Assembly (NCBI GenBank): GCA_965215605.1
Contig: OZ244070.1
Coordinates: 1,952,001 to 2,016,000, forward strand
Reading direction: 5' to 3'
DNA from: an uncultured Candidatus Binatia bacterium
GTDB lineage: Bacteria; Desulfobacterota; Binatia; UBA9968; JAJDTQ01
DNA: 64,000 nt
Positions 20,382-30,430 of the stretch are shown piece after piece. Under the pieces are notes generated by a model. That model was not told the origin of the DNA. It worked only from the letters and a program-made list of their open reading frames with translations, and searched no databases. Positions within the stretch are counted from its first letter, which is position 1, and each line of letters begins with the position of its first letter. The translations under genes were made by a program, and so were the position numbers.

Positions 20382-21368
20382 TCACGGCAGGTTGTAAAGC
20401 CGCCTGGCGTTGCCCTCGGTGATGTTGTAGCGGTCCTCGTCGCTCAGGCCCGGGACCGACTCGAAGATGGGGACCACTTCCTCGAAGTTGCGCCCGGTCT
20501 GGGGGTCGGTGGCGTTCACCGCGCCGAACATCTCGGTGGCGAACAGCACGCGGTCGGCCCCGACCCGCTTGATCAGCAGCTCCATGCCCTCGGCGTCGTA
20601 GATGGCCATGTCCCAGTAGACCCGGCGGGCCGCCTCCTCGAAGGGCTCCAGGCCCTCCTTCACGTGCATGCCCCGGTGGCGGTTCCACTGGTAGGGCACG
20701 GCGCCGCCGCCGTGGGGGATGACGATCTTGAGCTTGGGGAAGTCCTGGAACACGCGCGAGCTCAGCAACTCCACGGCGCCGTTGTGGTGCTGCCCGATGT
20801 AGTACGAGCTGGTGGTGTGGAAGGCCGGGTTCAGGGACGCGCTGGCATGGATGGTGCCCGGTATGTCCAGTTCCACCATCTTCTCCCACAGGGGGTACCA
20901 CCACTCGTCCCCCAGGGACGGCGTCCAGGGCTCCCGGCCGCTGCACAGATCCGGGTTGATGTTGCAGGCGATGAAGCCCTGTTCCTTGACGCAGCGCTCC
21001 AGCTCCTCCACCCAGCTCTTCGGATCGACCCCCGGCGACTGCGGAAGCTGGCAAACCGGCGAGACCTTGTCGGGCCACAGCCTGGCGACGCGGGCGATAA
21101 GGTCGTTGCACGCCTCGCTCCAGTACCGGCTGATGAGCTCGGAGCCGAAGTGGTGGCCCATGGCCGAGGCCTGGGGCGAGAACAGCAGCCGGTCGATGCC
21201 GGTATCGGCCATTCTCTCGAACTGCGAGCGCATGGACTGTTCGAGTTCTTCGTCGCTGACGTTGAGGTTGGCGGGCGTCGGACGCGCCTGGTTGACGATC
21301 TGGCGGGCGCGAAAGGACTGAAGTGTTGCCGGCGCCGTGGTGAAATGTGCGTGAGCGTCGATGATCAC
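20382..21368 (-). CDS. Amidohydrolase_2, LigJ (4-oxalomesaconate hydratase)-like
   Basis: 'IIDAHAH', 'CNINPD', 'YPLWEKMVELD', 'PHGGGAVPY', 'LFATEMFGAV'. Confidence 0.75.
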   Translation of the reverse strand: MIIDAHAHFTTAPATLQSFRARQIVNQARPTPANLNVSDEELEQSMRSQFERMADTGIDRLLFSPQASAMGHHFGSELISRYWSEACNDLIARVARLWPDKVSPVCQLPQSPGVDPKSWVEELERCVKEQGFIACNINPDLCSGREPWTPSLGDEWWYPLWEKMVELDIPGTIHASASLNPAFHTTSSYYIGQHHNGAVELLSSRVFQDFPKLKIVIPHGGGAVPYQWNRHRGMHVKEGLEPFEEAARRVYWDMAIYDAEGMELLIKRVGADRVLFATEMFGAVNATDPQTGRNFEEVVPIFESVPGLSDEDRYNITEGNARRLYNLP

Positions 21369-21549
21369 GAGGGTAAACCTCCAGGGAGTCCATGTGCCGT
21401 CCGGTGCAGAACGGCAGTGCCTGCAGGAACAGGAGACTACACTAGCAAAGCCCGGTAGGACAGGCTATAGGCTTAGGCCGACCGGGTCCGCAAAGGAGGG
21501 CAGAAGCCGGCGCTTTCGCCGGTACCGGAACCCCCTCAAGGAGCGACAC

Positions 21550-22410
21550 ATGGCCGAAATCCCACGTCTCAACGGTGTCATCAAGGCGCTGGAGGAAGGC
21601 AAGACGGCCTTCGTGAGCTTTACTTCCAACGATATCGAGACCGCCATCGCCATGGCCGGCGCGAAGCTTGACGGCGTGGCTTTCGAGATGGAGCACGCGC
21701 CCTTGGACATCCCTGGCTTGAGGCACTCGTTGCAGTACATGCTGGACCGGCGGCAGTTGGTGGACCGCGGCACCCTCGGCCCCGCCGTGACGCCAATGGT
21801 GCGGATCCCGCCCAACGGCAACGAGATGAACCAGTGGCTGGCCAAGCAGGTGCTGGACATCGGCGTCTACGGCATCATCTTCCCCCACGTCAGCTCGGTG
21901 GAGGAGGCGCGCAACGCGGTGTCGGCGTGCCGCTACCCGCGGCTTTCGTCCGAGCCGCTCTACGATCCGCCGGGCATCCGCGGCGACGCGCCCACCCGCG
22001 CCGCCCGCTACTGGGGGCTGACGCAGCAGGAATACTACAAGCGCGCGGACGTGTGGCCGCTGGCGCCGGACGGCGAGATCCTGGTGGTGATCCAGTGCGA
22101 GGAGGTCCGCGCCATCGAGAACCTGCCGGCGATGCTCAAGGAGGTCCCGGGCATCGGCGTGGTGCTGATCGGGGAAGGGGACCTGAGCCAGGAACTGGGC
22201 CACCCGCGCGACTACGACCACCCGGTGGTGGCCGACCACATCAACCGGATCCTGGACATCTGCAAGGAACACGACGTCCCCTGCGGCCACCCGCATCCGA
22301 GCGCCGGCAACCTGGAGCGGCTGGTGGAGGCGGGCTTCCGCTTCCTCATGCCCGGCGCGCCGCGCTCCTTCGAGGTGCTGAACCGTGCGCGGGAACTGAC
22401 AGGACGTTAG
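21550..22410 (+). CDS. HpcH/HpaI aldolase family protein
   Basis: 'FEMEH', 'VRIP', 'KQVLDIGVYGIIFPHV', 'IGEGDLS'. Confidence 0.85.
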   Translation: MAEIPRLNGVIKALEEGKTAFVSFTSNDIETAIAMAGAKLDGVAFEMEHAPLDIPGLRHSLQYMLDRRQLVDRGTLGPAVTPMVRIPPNGNEMNQWLAKQVLDIGVYGIIFPHVSSVEEARNAVSACRYPRLSSEPLYDPPGIRGDAPTRAARYWGLTQQEYYKRADVWPLAPDGEILVVIQCEEVRAIENLPAMLKEVPGIGVVLIGEGDLSQELGHPRDYDHPVVADHINRILDICKEHDVPCGHPHPSAGNLERLVEAGFRFLMPGAPRSFEVLNRARELTGR

Positions 22411-22426
22411 AAAGGGGACCAACGCA

Positions 22427-23056
22427 ATGGCCATGGTAAAGCTCGATCCGCCCGAACAACTCAACATGAGCCTCGGCGAGGCCATGTTCACCCAGCGGGC
22501 CATCCGCAGGCTGAAGCCGGACCCCATCAGCGACGAAGACCTCAAGACGCTGATGGATGCGGCGTCCAAGGCGCCCAGTTCGCGAAACGAGCAGAGCGGG
22601 CGGTTTCTGGTGGTGCGGGATCGGGACAGGATCTGCAGGTTCGGGGAGCTGTATCGTGAGGCGTGGTGGGCGAAGCGGCCCGCCGGCTGGACTCCGGAAG
22701 GCGTTCCGGAGGGGGACCTGCATCTCTCGGCTATGCGCCTGGCGGACGCGATGAAGGACGTTCCGCTGGTGGTGCTGGCAGTCTCCACGTCTCAAGGACA
22801 GGCCAGCTCGGTCCTTCCCGCGGTGCAGAACCTGATGCTGGCGGCGCGGGCGCTGGGTATCGGGTCGGTCTTGACCACCCTCCATGCCTGCGTCACCGAC
22901 CGGATCCACGAGCTGTTCAGGATTCCGGCGGAAGCCCAGGTCCACTGCTGCATCCCGCTGGGTTATCCCGAGGGCCGGTTCGGCACGACCACGCGCCGCC
23001 CCACCGCCGAGACTACCTACTACGAGGAGTGGGGCACCCCGCCGCCCTGGGAGTAG
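22427..23056 (+). CDS. Nitroreductase family protein
   Basis: 'QRAIRR', 'APSSRNEQ', 'AVQNLMLAARALGIGS', 'LGYP'. Confidence 0.88.
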   Translation: MAMVKLDPPEQLNMSLGEAMFTQRAIRRLKPDPISDEDLKTLMDAASKAPSSRNEQSGRFLVVRDRDRICRFGELYREAWWAKRPAGWTPEGVPEGDLHLSAMRLADAMKDVPLVVLAVSTSQGQASSVLPAVQNLMLAARALGIGSVLTTLHACVTDRIHELFRIPAEAQVHCCIPLGYPEGRFGTTTRRPTAETTYYEEWGTPPPWE

Positions 23057-23074
23057 ACGGGCCGGCCGCCTTGC

Positions 23075-24094
23075 CTACAGCCCGTACAACGCCCGCGCGT
23101 TGTCGCCGAGGATCTTGTCGACGATGGCGGCCGGCACCGAGCCGTCGGTGCGGAGCATGCGCAGCGCCTCGATCTGGCTCGATGTGTCGTTGTGGCCGTA
23201 GTCGGTGCCGATGACGAGGTTGTCCTCGCCCGCGTCCTTGAGGATCACCGGCAGGTCGTCGGTGGTCTGGCAGGCCACGTACATGTGGTTCTCGGCCATG
23301 ATGTTGTCGGGGATGGGCCTCCCGAACTTCTGCAGGCGGAGCCGGAGGTCGTTCAGGGCGTAGGGCACCCACTGGGCGCTCACCTCCACGAAGCCCCAGC
23401 GGAGCTTGGGGAACAGCGCCGGAGTGCCGTCCATGAGCAGCGAGTGGAATGTCCCCACCACCGGCAGCTTGAAGCGCGAGAAGCCGGTCTCGCCTTCGTA
23501 GAGGTCGTGGATGGCGGTGCTGTTGGTGCCGGCGTGGACGCAGATGGGGAGGTCCAACTCGGTGGCGATCTCGTAGAGCGGGAACAGCTCGGGGTTGCTC
23601 AGGCGCTTCTCGTGCTCGACCCCGCGCATGAAGATGCCGCAGGCGCCGTTGTCCCTGGCGAATTCCAGCTCTCCGCGCAGCGCGTCCATGGATAGCAGGG
23701 GCGGCATGCACACCCACCGCAGCCGGCCCTGGCCCTTCTTCCAGACTTCCGCCAGCCAGCGGTTGTAGCTCTTGCACATGGCCATTTCGGTGAGCCGGTT
23801 CTGGGTGCAGGGGCGCAGCATCAGCGTGGGGTAGAGCACCTGCACGTCCACTTCCAGCTCGTCCATGTGCTTGACCCGGGCGTCGACATCGCGCATCTCG
23901 CGCTGGTCGGCGGAGGTGTTGGGGCCGATGTTGTTGTTCTTGACGTGCAGCCGGTTGTCCACCACCCAGTACTCGGGGCCGCCTTCCTGCTTGACCGCGA
24001 ACGGCGCGTGGGCGCGTTCCTGCTCGGTCATGAACTCCCAGGTAAACGGTGTTTCGACGACATGGGCGTCCGCGTCGATGGTTCTCGGGGTCAT
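23075..24094 (-). CDS. Amidohydrolase_2 family protein
   Basis: 'IDADAHVVE', 'PICVH', 'IGTDYGH', 'DNARALY'. Confidence 0.85.
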   Translation of the reverse strand: MTPRTIDADAHVVETPFTWEFMTEQERAHAPFAVKQEGGPEYWVVDNRLHVKNNNIGPNTSADQREMRDVDARVKHMDELEVDVQVLYPTLMLRPCTQNRLTEMAMCKSYNRWLAEVWKKGQGRLRWVCMPPLLSMDALRGELEFARDNGACGIFMRGVEHEKRLSNPELFPLYEIATELDLPICVHAGTNSTAIHDLYEGETGFSRFKLPVVGTFHSLLMDGTPALFPKLRWGFVEVSAQWVPYALNDLRLRLQKFGRPIPDNIMAENHMYVACQTTDDLPVILKDAGEDNLVIGTDYGHNDTSSQIEALRMLRTDGSVPAAIVDKILGDNARALYGL

Positions 24095-24134
24095 GGCTTG
24101 TCTCCGTCTTGTCGGGTTCCTGCCCGCTCTCGGC

Positions 24135-25226
24135 TTAGTTGGGCGCGATGTCGTAGAGCCGCCGTGCGTTCTGGCCCATGATCTTGGGGAGCGAGTCCGC
24201 GGCGATGTCGTCCCGGTCCAGCACTTCCTTGACCACGTTGGGGAACTTGCAGTCGCCGTGGTTGTAGTCCGAGGCGAATACTAGGCGGTCGTCGCCGATG
24301 AAGTCCATGACGTAGGGCAGGGTGGTCTCGTCGGGCTCGAAGGAGAAGTAGACGTCCCGCTGCCGGATGTACTCGCTCGGCGGCATGGTCAGCAGCGGCA
24401 CGGCGGCCTGCATGTACTCGTAGTGCTCGTCAAGCCGCTCCATCCAGAACGGCACCCAGCCGGCGCCGGCTTCCAGAAACGCCACCTTGAGCTTCGGGAA
24501 CTTCTCCAGCACGCCGCCGCCGATGACGCACATGACGCCGATCATCTGCTCGAAGGGATGGGTGGTGGCGTGCACGAACAGCGCGTTGTCGAAGCGGTCG
24601 GCGGCGGCCGCCGGCCGGCCCGAGCCCACGTGGACGCACACGGGCACGCCCAGCTCCTCGGCGGTGGCGTAGAACGGGTCGAAGTCGGGATGGTCGAGGT
24701 TGCGCCCGGCGGAGTGGGCCGAGGTGGCCGCGGCCACGAAGCCGAGGTCCTGGACGCAACGCCGCAACTCGGCGGCGGCCTCCGCCGGATCCTGCATGGG
24801 CACGCAGGCCACGCCCTTGAGCCGTTCCGGCGCATGTTGGCAGTACTCGTGGAGCCAGTTGTTGTAGGCCTTGGCGACGGCGCAGGCGTAGTCCTTGTCT
24901 TCCAGGAACGGCAGGCTCAGGAACACCGTGGTGCCGAAGTTGACCGAGGTCGTGATTTGCTCGAGGTCCATGTCCTTGAGCCGTTGCACCGGGTCCCACA
25001 TGCCGGTGGTGGGCTGAGGCGAGCGGTTGTGGGGCACGGCGCCGATGCCGCAGCCCACCCCCGAGGGCTTGGCCCAGATGCGGCCTTCCATGAGCAGTTG
25101 CTCGCGGCCGTCGGCCTTGACCACCCGGGGCGCCTTCTTCTTGTAAGGCCCCTCCAGCAGTTCCTCCCAAGGGGCGAACTTCTCCTGCACGTGACCGTCG
25201 GCGTCGATGATCGGGAAACTTGCCAT
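24135..25226 (-). CDS. Amidohydrolase_2 family protein
   Basis: 'IDADGH', 'FLEAGAGW', 'FASDYNH', 'NARRLY'. Confidence 0.87.
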   Translation of the reverse strand: MASFPIIDADGHVQEKFAPWEELLEGPYKKKAPRVVKADGREQLLMEGRIWAKPSGVGCGIGAVPHNRSPQPTTGMWDPVQRLKDMDLEQITTSVNFGTTVFLSLPFLEDKDYACAVAKAYNNWLHEYCQHAPERLKGVACVPMQDPAEAAAELRRCVQDLGFVAAATSAHSAGRNLDHPDFDPFYATAEELGVPVCVHVGSGRPAAAADRFDNALFVHATTHPFEQMIGVMCVIGGGVLEKFPKLKVAFLEAGAGWVPFWMERLDEHYEYMQAAVPLLTMPPSEYIRQRDVYFSFEPDETTLPYVMDFIGDDRLVFASDYNHGDCKFPNVVKEVLDRDDIAADSLPKIMGQNARRLYDIAPN

Positions 25227-25324
25227 GGCTGTCTCCTGTTCGTCGTGAGGGCAAACGAGGCGGCCTGCATCGGGGGTGCGGATACAGGCCGCCCGTGTCT
25301 AGCCGTCAACAGCGGAAAAGCCGG

Positions 25325-25984
25325 TTACTTGAGGTGCTTGGCCAGGAACTCGGTGCTCCGCTCCCACGCCAGGTTGGCGGCGTCGGCGTTGTAGGCCGCG
25401 CCGGTCTCGTTACCGAACGCGTGCTGCGCCTGATATCGGTAGATCTCGTGGGTGACGTTGCCCTCCTTGAGGCGCGTTTCCAGGGCATCCACTTTGTCCG
25501 GGGTGAAGAACCCGTCCTCCAGCGCGAAGTGGCCCTGGAAGGGGATTGAGATGGTGCGCGTGTCGGCCGCTTCCTCGGGCGGAACGCCGTACCAGCAGCA
25601 GGCCGCGTCCGCGGCCTTGGAGTACACCGCCGCCAGCACGGTGAGTGCGCCGCCCATGCAGAAGCCGATGACCCCCACCTTGGGGCAGCTCTGCTTCAGG
25701 TGCTCCACCGCGCTGCATACGTCCGTGTTGGCATCCCCGAAGTCGAGGTTCTGCATCATGTGGCTGGCTTCTTCCGCCTCCACCGTCACCTTGCCCTTGT
25801 AGAGATCCGGAACCACGGAGGTGTATCCCAAACCCGCCAGCCGGTCGGCCACGCCCTTGATCTGGTCGTTGACGCCCCACCACTCCTGGATCACCACCAT
25901 ACCCGGCGCGTTGTCGCCGGCCGAAGCACAATAGCCCGAGGCCTCCTTGCCGTCGGGCCGCTTGAACGTGATTGTCTCTCCCAT
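25325..25984 (-). CDS. Dienelactone hydrolase family protein
   Basis: 'VIQEWWG', 'GFCMGG', 'HAF'. Confidence 0.9.
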   Translation of the reverse strand: MGETITFKRPDGKEASGYCASAGDNAPGMVVIQEWWGVNDQIKGVADRLAGLGYTSVVPDLYKGKVTVEAEEASHMMQNLDFGDANTDVCSAVEHLKQSCPKVGVIGFCMGGALTVLAAVYSKAADAACCWYGVPPEEAADTRTISIPFQGHFALEDGFFTPDKVDALETRLKEGNVTHEIYRYQAQHAFGNETGAAYNADAANLAWERSTEFLAKHLK

Positions 25985-26239
25985 GACTCTACCTCCTCCT
26001 GGAGTTTTCTGGATATCGTCCGGCGTCGGACGCTGAACGAAGCGAGTCAGAATAGTACGTCTCCGCTAGAGAGTCTAGTGTCTCCCGGTGTCCCCGCGCG
26101 GAGTATCGGGAGCGCCGTTTGCGCAGTTGACGCACGATTCCGATTCTTGTTAAGAAATACCGCGCATTCAGGGCTTTCGCGTCTTCACGCCCGCCACGGC
26201 GGTCCGGAATCAGCGGAACAGGAAGAGAGGGACACGCAA

Positions 26240-26737
26240 TTGACCGAGGATGAAGTACTACAGATATTGGACTTGGTGGAGAAATCGAACTTCGATTATC
26301 TCGACCTTGAGATCGGCGATCTGAAGCTCACGGTCAGCAAGTCGGGAGTACCTGCCGTCCCCGCAACCGTCAGCGTGGCCCAAGCGGCCCCCGCGCCCGC
26401 CGCAGCGGCCGCGGCTCCGGCTCCCGCGGCTCCCGAGCCGGCCCCGGCGGCGGAGAGCGCGCCCGCGGCCCAGCCGGTCACCGTCAAGGAAGGCACCGTA
26501 GCCATTCCCGCACCCATGGTCGGCACTTTTTACGCCACGCCGGAGCCCGGCGCGGCGGCGTTCGTCAAGCTGGGCGACCATGTGGATGCCGAGACCACGG
26601 TGGGCCTCGTGGAGGTCATGAAGGTCTTCAACGCGGTGAGCTCCAACGTTGCCGGCACCATCGACGAGGTCTGCGTGGAGAGCGGCCAGTTCGTCGAGCA
26701 TGGTCAGACCCTCTTCCTGGTCCGTCCGGATGCCTAA
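26240..26737 (+). CDS. accB: Biotin carboxyl carrier protein
   Basis: Ala/Pro linker, 'APMVGTFY', biotinylation motif 'EVMK'; probable TTG start. Confidence 0.88.
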   Translation: MTEDEVLQILDLVEKSNFDYLDLEIGDLKLTVSKSGVPAVPATVSVAQAAPAPAAAAAAPAPAAPEPAPAAESAPAAQPVTVKEGTVAIPAPMVGTFYATPEPGAAAFVKLGDHVDAETTVGLVEVMKVFNAVSSNVAGTIDEVCVESGQFVEHGQTLFLVRPDA

Positions 26738-26760
26738 ACAGGGTTTCGAGGGTTCCCCCC

Positions 26761-28125
26761 GTGGCCGTTAACCGTCTCTTGGTCGCCAACCGGGGCGAGA
26801 TCGCGGTCCGTATCATCCGGGCCTGCCAGTCCCTGGGCATCGAGTCGGTGGCGGTGGTTTCGGAGGCCGACCGGGACAGCATGCCGGCCCGCTTGGCGAA
26901 CCGTGCCGTCTGCATCGGCCCGGCCCGTTCCACCGAGAGCTACCTCAAGGTCGAGGCGCTGGTGGCCACGGCCCTGGGCACCGGTTGCGACGCCCTCCAT
27001 CCGGGCTACGGTTTTCTGGCCGAGAAGTCCGAGCTGGCCGAGGCCTGCGCCAAGCACGGCGTCACGTTCGTGGGCCCGCGCGCCGACAGTATCCGGCAGA
27101 TGGGCAACAAGCTGCTGGCACGGGCTACCGTGGGCGCCTTCGGCATCCCGCTGGTGCCCGGCTCCGACAACGTCCGCGGCTTCGAGGACGCGGCCGGTGT
27201 GGCGGCGGAGGTAGGCTACCCGGTGTTGCTGAAAGCGGCGGCCGGAGGCGGCGGCAAGGGCATCAAGATCGTCCGGGAGGACGGCGAGCTCCAGACCGCC
27301 TTCGAAACCGCTTCGGCGGAGGCCCGGGCGGCCTTCGGCGATCCCACCTTGTACATGGAGCGGTACGTCCCCAACGCCCGGCACATCGAGGTGCAGGTCA
27401 TCGGCGACCGTTTCGGCAACGTGGTGCACGTGGGCGAGCGCGACTGCTCGCTGCAACGGCGCTACCAGAAGGTGGTGGAGGAGGCGCCGGCGGCGTGCAT
27501 CCCGGTGGAGTTGAGGGAACGCATCCGCGAGGCCGGGCACAGGGTCGCCAAGGAGATCAAGTACGAGAACGCCGGCACCGTGGAGTTCATCTATGACGAA
27601 GACCGGCAGGACTTCTTCTTCCTGGAGATGAACACCCGCATCCAGGTGGAGCATCCCGTCACCGAGATGGTCACGGGGCTCGACCTCGTGCGGGAGCAGA
27701 TTCGCGTGGCCGGCGGCGAACGGCTGTCGTTCTCCCAGGAGGACGTCCGCTTCAGCGGCCACGCCATCGAGTGCCGCATCACAGCCGAGGCCCCGTGGCA
27801 GGGGTTCCGGCCGTGTCCCGGCGTGCTCACGGAGTGGCGCCCGCCGGAGGGGCCGGGCATCCGGGTGGACACCCAGTGCTTCCCGGGCTACCGCGTCCCG
27901 CCGTTCTACGACTCGCTGCTGGCCAAGCTCATCGTCCATGCCGACGACCGCGAGCAGGCGGTGGCGCGCATGAGGCAGTCGCTCGCCCAGTTCGCCGCCG
28001 CCGGCATCGACACCACCATCCCGTTCCTGAGCGCGGTCATGGATGAGCCGGACTACGTCAGCGGCAAGATCAGCACCCGCTGGCTGGAAGGGCACCTGGA
28101 CGACCTGACGGCCCGCCACGCGTAG
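26761..28125 (+). CDS. accC: Biotin carboxylase
   Basis: 'VANRGEIA', 'HPGYGFLAE', 'GGGGKG', 'FLEMNTRIQVEH', 'YDSLLAKLI'. Confidence 0.93.
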   Translation: MAVNRLLVANRGEIAVRIIRACQSLGIESVAVVSEADRDSMPARLANRAVCIGPARSTESYLKVEALVATALGTGCDALHPGYGFLAEKSELAEACAKHGVTFVGPRADSIRQMGNKLLARATVGAFGIPLVPGSDNVRGFEDAAGVAAEVGYPVLLKAAAGGGGKGIKIVREDGELQTAFETASAEARAAFGDPTLYMERYVPNARHIEVQVIGDRFGNVVHVGERDCSLQRRYQKVVEEAPAACIPVELRERIREAGHRVAKEIKYENAGTVEFIYDEDRQDFFFLEMNTRIQVEHPVTEMVTGLDLVREQIRVAGGERLSFSQEDVRFSGHAIECRITAEAPWQGFRPCPGVLTEWRPPEGPGIRVDTQCFPGYRVPPFYDSLLAKLIVHADDREQAVARMRQSLAQFAAAGIDTTIPFLSAVMDEPDYVSGKISTRWLEGHLDDLTARHA

Positions 28126-28144
28126 GGCGGCGGACACCCGGCGC

Positions 28145-28170
28145 GGGCGGGTTCGAAGCCCGCCCCTGCA
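28145..28170. repeat. REP-like palindrome
   Basis: GGGCGGGTTCGAAGCCCGCCCCTGCA, same family as 9877-9903, between convergent genes. Confidence 0.55.
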
Positions 28171-28173
28171 CGT

Positions 28174-28980
28174 TCATTCCCTGATGAATTCCCGAATGGC
28201 CCTGTGCGAGGCTTCCGGGTTCGAGAAAAAGTAGCTGTGCCGCTCACCCGGCAGGATTACCAGCTTCGCGTTGGGAATCCCCTCGGTGAGGATCTCGGCC
28301 CCCTTGCGGTGTGACATGTCGCTGACCACCGCGTGGTCGTCATCGCCCACCAGCACCAGCGTCGGCACGGCGATGTCCTTGAGACGGTGCCGGGTATCGT
28401 GCTCCTGGCGCGCGATCACGTGCCGGAAGTAGCACTCCACCGACGACAGGTTGGCCATGCGCACCTTGAGGCAGTTCTCGATCTCTTCCGGGTGGTCCTT
28501 CTGGTACTGCTCGGTCCAGCCCACCTCGATGGTGTGGTCTCGCACGTATTTCTTGTAACCCATCTCCACCATCTGCGTGGCGATCCTCAGCGGGATGCCG
28601 TGGGCGCCGGGATGAGCGGCGCCGGACGAGGCGAGGATGAGCTTCTTCACCCGCTCCGGGTGCTCCAGCGCCAGCAACTGCGCCACCCGGCCGCCCATGG
28701 AATGGCCACAGACGATGGCGTCGGTGGCGTCGATGTGGTCCATCACCGCGGCGATGTCGTCGGCGAACATGCGGGTGGTATAGCGCATGGGCGCGCGGGT
28801 GGAGCGGCCGGTGCCGCGGAAGTCCGTGATGATGGTGCGGTGGTCCCGCGAGAACTCGGGCACCTGGAAGATGTTCCAGACGTCGCCGTCGCAGGCCGTT
28901 TCCGAGATGAAGACGAAAGGCGGCCCGTCTCCCTGGACTTCGTAGTAGATGTCCGCGTCGCCGACGTTCAGTGTTGGCAT
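28174..28980 (-). CDS. Alpha/beta hydrolase (PcaD/CatD-like fold)
   Basis: 'IYYEVQGDGPP', 'DFRGTGRS', 'GHSMGG', 'PTLVLVGDDD'. Confidence 0.85.
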   Translation of the reverse strand: MPTLNVGDADIYYEVQGDGPPFVFISETACDGDVWNIFQVPEFSRDHRTIITDFRGTGRSTRAPMRYTTRMFADDIAAVMDHIDATDAIVCGHSMGGRVAQLLALEHPERVKKLILASSGAAHPGAHGIPLRIATQMVEMGYKKYVRDHTIEVGWTEQYQKDHPEEIENCLKVRMANLSSVECYFRHVIARQEHDTRHRLKDIAVPTLVLVGDDDHAVVSDMSHRKGAEILTEGIPNAKLVILPGERHSYFFSNPEASHRAIREFIRE

Positions 28981-29149
28981 GATGACCTCCGGGAACTCTC
29001 GTACGATGCTTTGCGTGAAGCCATTAGCACAAACCGCCGGCCGGAAACAGTAGCCGCTGGCAGAACCCGGCAGGGTGCTGGCGTTTGTTCCGTTGATGTG
29101 CAAAACTGCCCGGTTTATCTTGGGTAAACAAAATCTAAAGGGGGTTCAT

Positions 29150-30202
29150 ATGATCAGGAGGACAGGATTGGCAGTCGTGCTTGTGGCGGTGCTCGGCTTG
29201 GCCGCGGGCAACGTTGCGGTGGCCGCCGACGATTTCTACAAGGGTAAGACTATCCGGGTCATCGTCGGCTATTCCCCTGGTGGCGGGTACGACACCTATA
29301 CGCGCCAGATCGTGCGGCACATGGGCAAGTACATTCCGGGGAATCCGAATTTCATCGTGCAGAACATGACTGGCGCCGGGAGCCTCGTGTCCGCGAACTA
29401 CATCCAGAAGCGGGCCAAGCCTGACGGCACGGTGCTCGGCGTCTGGAACAGCGGCTACGTGACGTTTCAGGCTCTCGGTGATTCGAAGGTACGGATCAAG
29501 GCGGAGGACCTGACCTGGATCGGCGCTCCGGTCAAGGGCATCCCGGCATGTGTGTTCATGGCTTGGTCCGGGGCGAAGACCCTGAAGGACATCACCGATC
29601 CCAACAAGCCGGTCAAGGTCGGCGGTACACGGGCGGGCTCCACCGGGATCGATCTGCCGAAGCTCCTCAACAAGACCATCGGAACGAACTTCGACGTGGT
29701 AGCGGGTTATCCCGGAACCGCCGCGTCGCGGATCGCCATGCAGTCCAGGGAGGTCGCCGGCGCCTGCTGGGGCTGGGAATCCATTCGGGTCACGGCCCGG
29801 GCGATGCTGGACGCCAAGGGAGACGAGAAGTTGCTCGCCGTGCTCACGCACCGGAAGATCCCCGACCCTGAGCTCAAGGATGCGCTGATCATTCCGGATC
29901 TGATCGAGAAGCGGGGCGGCAAGGCGGCACTCGCGACATACAGGGGCTGGGTCAACCAGTATGAGTTCCAGCGCCCGTTGTCGGGCCCGCCGGGAATCCC
30001 TGCCGATCGCGTTCAGATGCTCAGGGACGCGCTCCAGAAGACGATGAAGGATCCGCAGTTCCTCAAGGAAGCCAATGAGGCCAAGCTCATCATCGAGCCG
30101 GTCACCGGCAAGGAGATCGAGGGCTACGTCGCCCAGATACTGGGAATGCCCCAGGAGGCAAAGGACGCGCTGTCGCCCATCCTGTTGCGGAAGAAGAAGT
30201 AG
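29150..30202 (+). CDS. Bug/TctC-family tripartite tricarboxylate transporter substrate-binding protein
   Basis: Signal peptide, 'FYKGKTIRVIVGYSPGGGYD', 'VQNMTGAG', 'KPDG'. Confidence 0.88.
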   Translation: MIRRTGLAVVLVAVLGLAAGNVAVAADDFYKGKTIRVIVGYSPGGGYDTYTRQIVRHMGKYIPGNPNFIVQNMTGAGSLVSANYIQKRAKPDGTVLGVWNSGYVTFQALGDSKVRIKAEDLTWIGAPVKGIPACVFMAWSGAKTLKDITDPNKPVKVGGTRAGSTGIDLPKLLNKTIGTNFDVVAGYPGTAASRIAMQSREVAGACWGWESIRVTARAMLDAKGDEKLLAVLTHRKIPDPELKDALIIPDLIEKRGGKAALATYRGWVNQYEFQRPLSGPPGIPADRVQMLRDALQKTMKDPQFLKEANEAKLIIEPVTGKEIEGYVAQILGMPQEAKDALSPILLRKKK

Positions 30203-30238
30203 TAGTCGTAGGCCTTCCTCGGGTCTACCATTGACGCG

Positions 30239-30270
30239 GGTCGGGAGAGGGCGACTGCCCTCTTCCGACC
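30239..30270 (+). terminator. Stem-loop after the TctC gene
   Basis: GGTCGGGAGAGGGC-GACT-GCCCTCTTCCGACC; weak U-tract. Confidence 0.5.
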
Positions 30271-30319
30271 TTCATCCCTCCTGCCCAACCCATCACAGGG
30301 CCCGCCGGCCGCCCACCGG

Positions 30320-30430
30320 GTTGCCGCGGTACTTCGCACCGAGCGGCTCGCGATCCTGGGGCTCCTCGGCGCCGTCGTCGTCGTTCTGACGGGAATCGTC
30401 ATCGCGCGGCGCGGGAGTGTACGGCGGTGA
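30320..30430 (+). pseudogene. 3' stub of an EamA/DMT-like transporter
   Basis: Reads VAAVLRTERLAILGLLGAVVVVLTGIVIARR*; stop overlaps the next GTG; no start or upstream body. Confidence 0.45.

Noticed and set aside
26350-26480. Low-complexity GC-rich repeat-like stretch
   Set aside because: It encodes the normal Ala/Pro linker of BCCP
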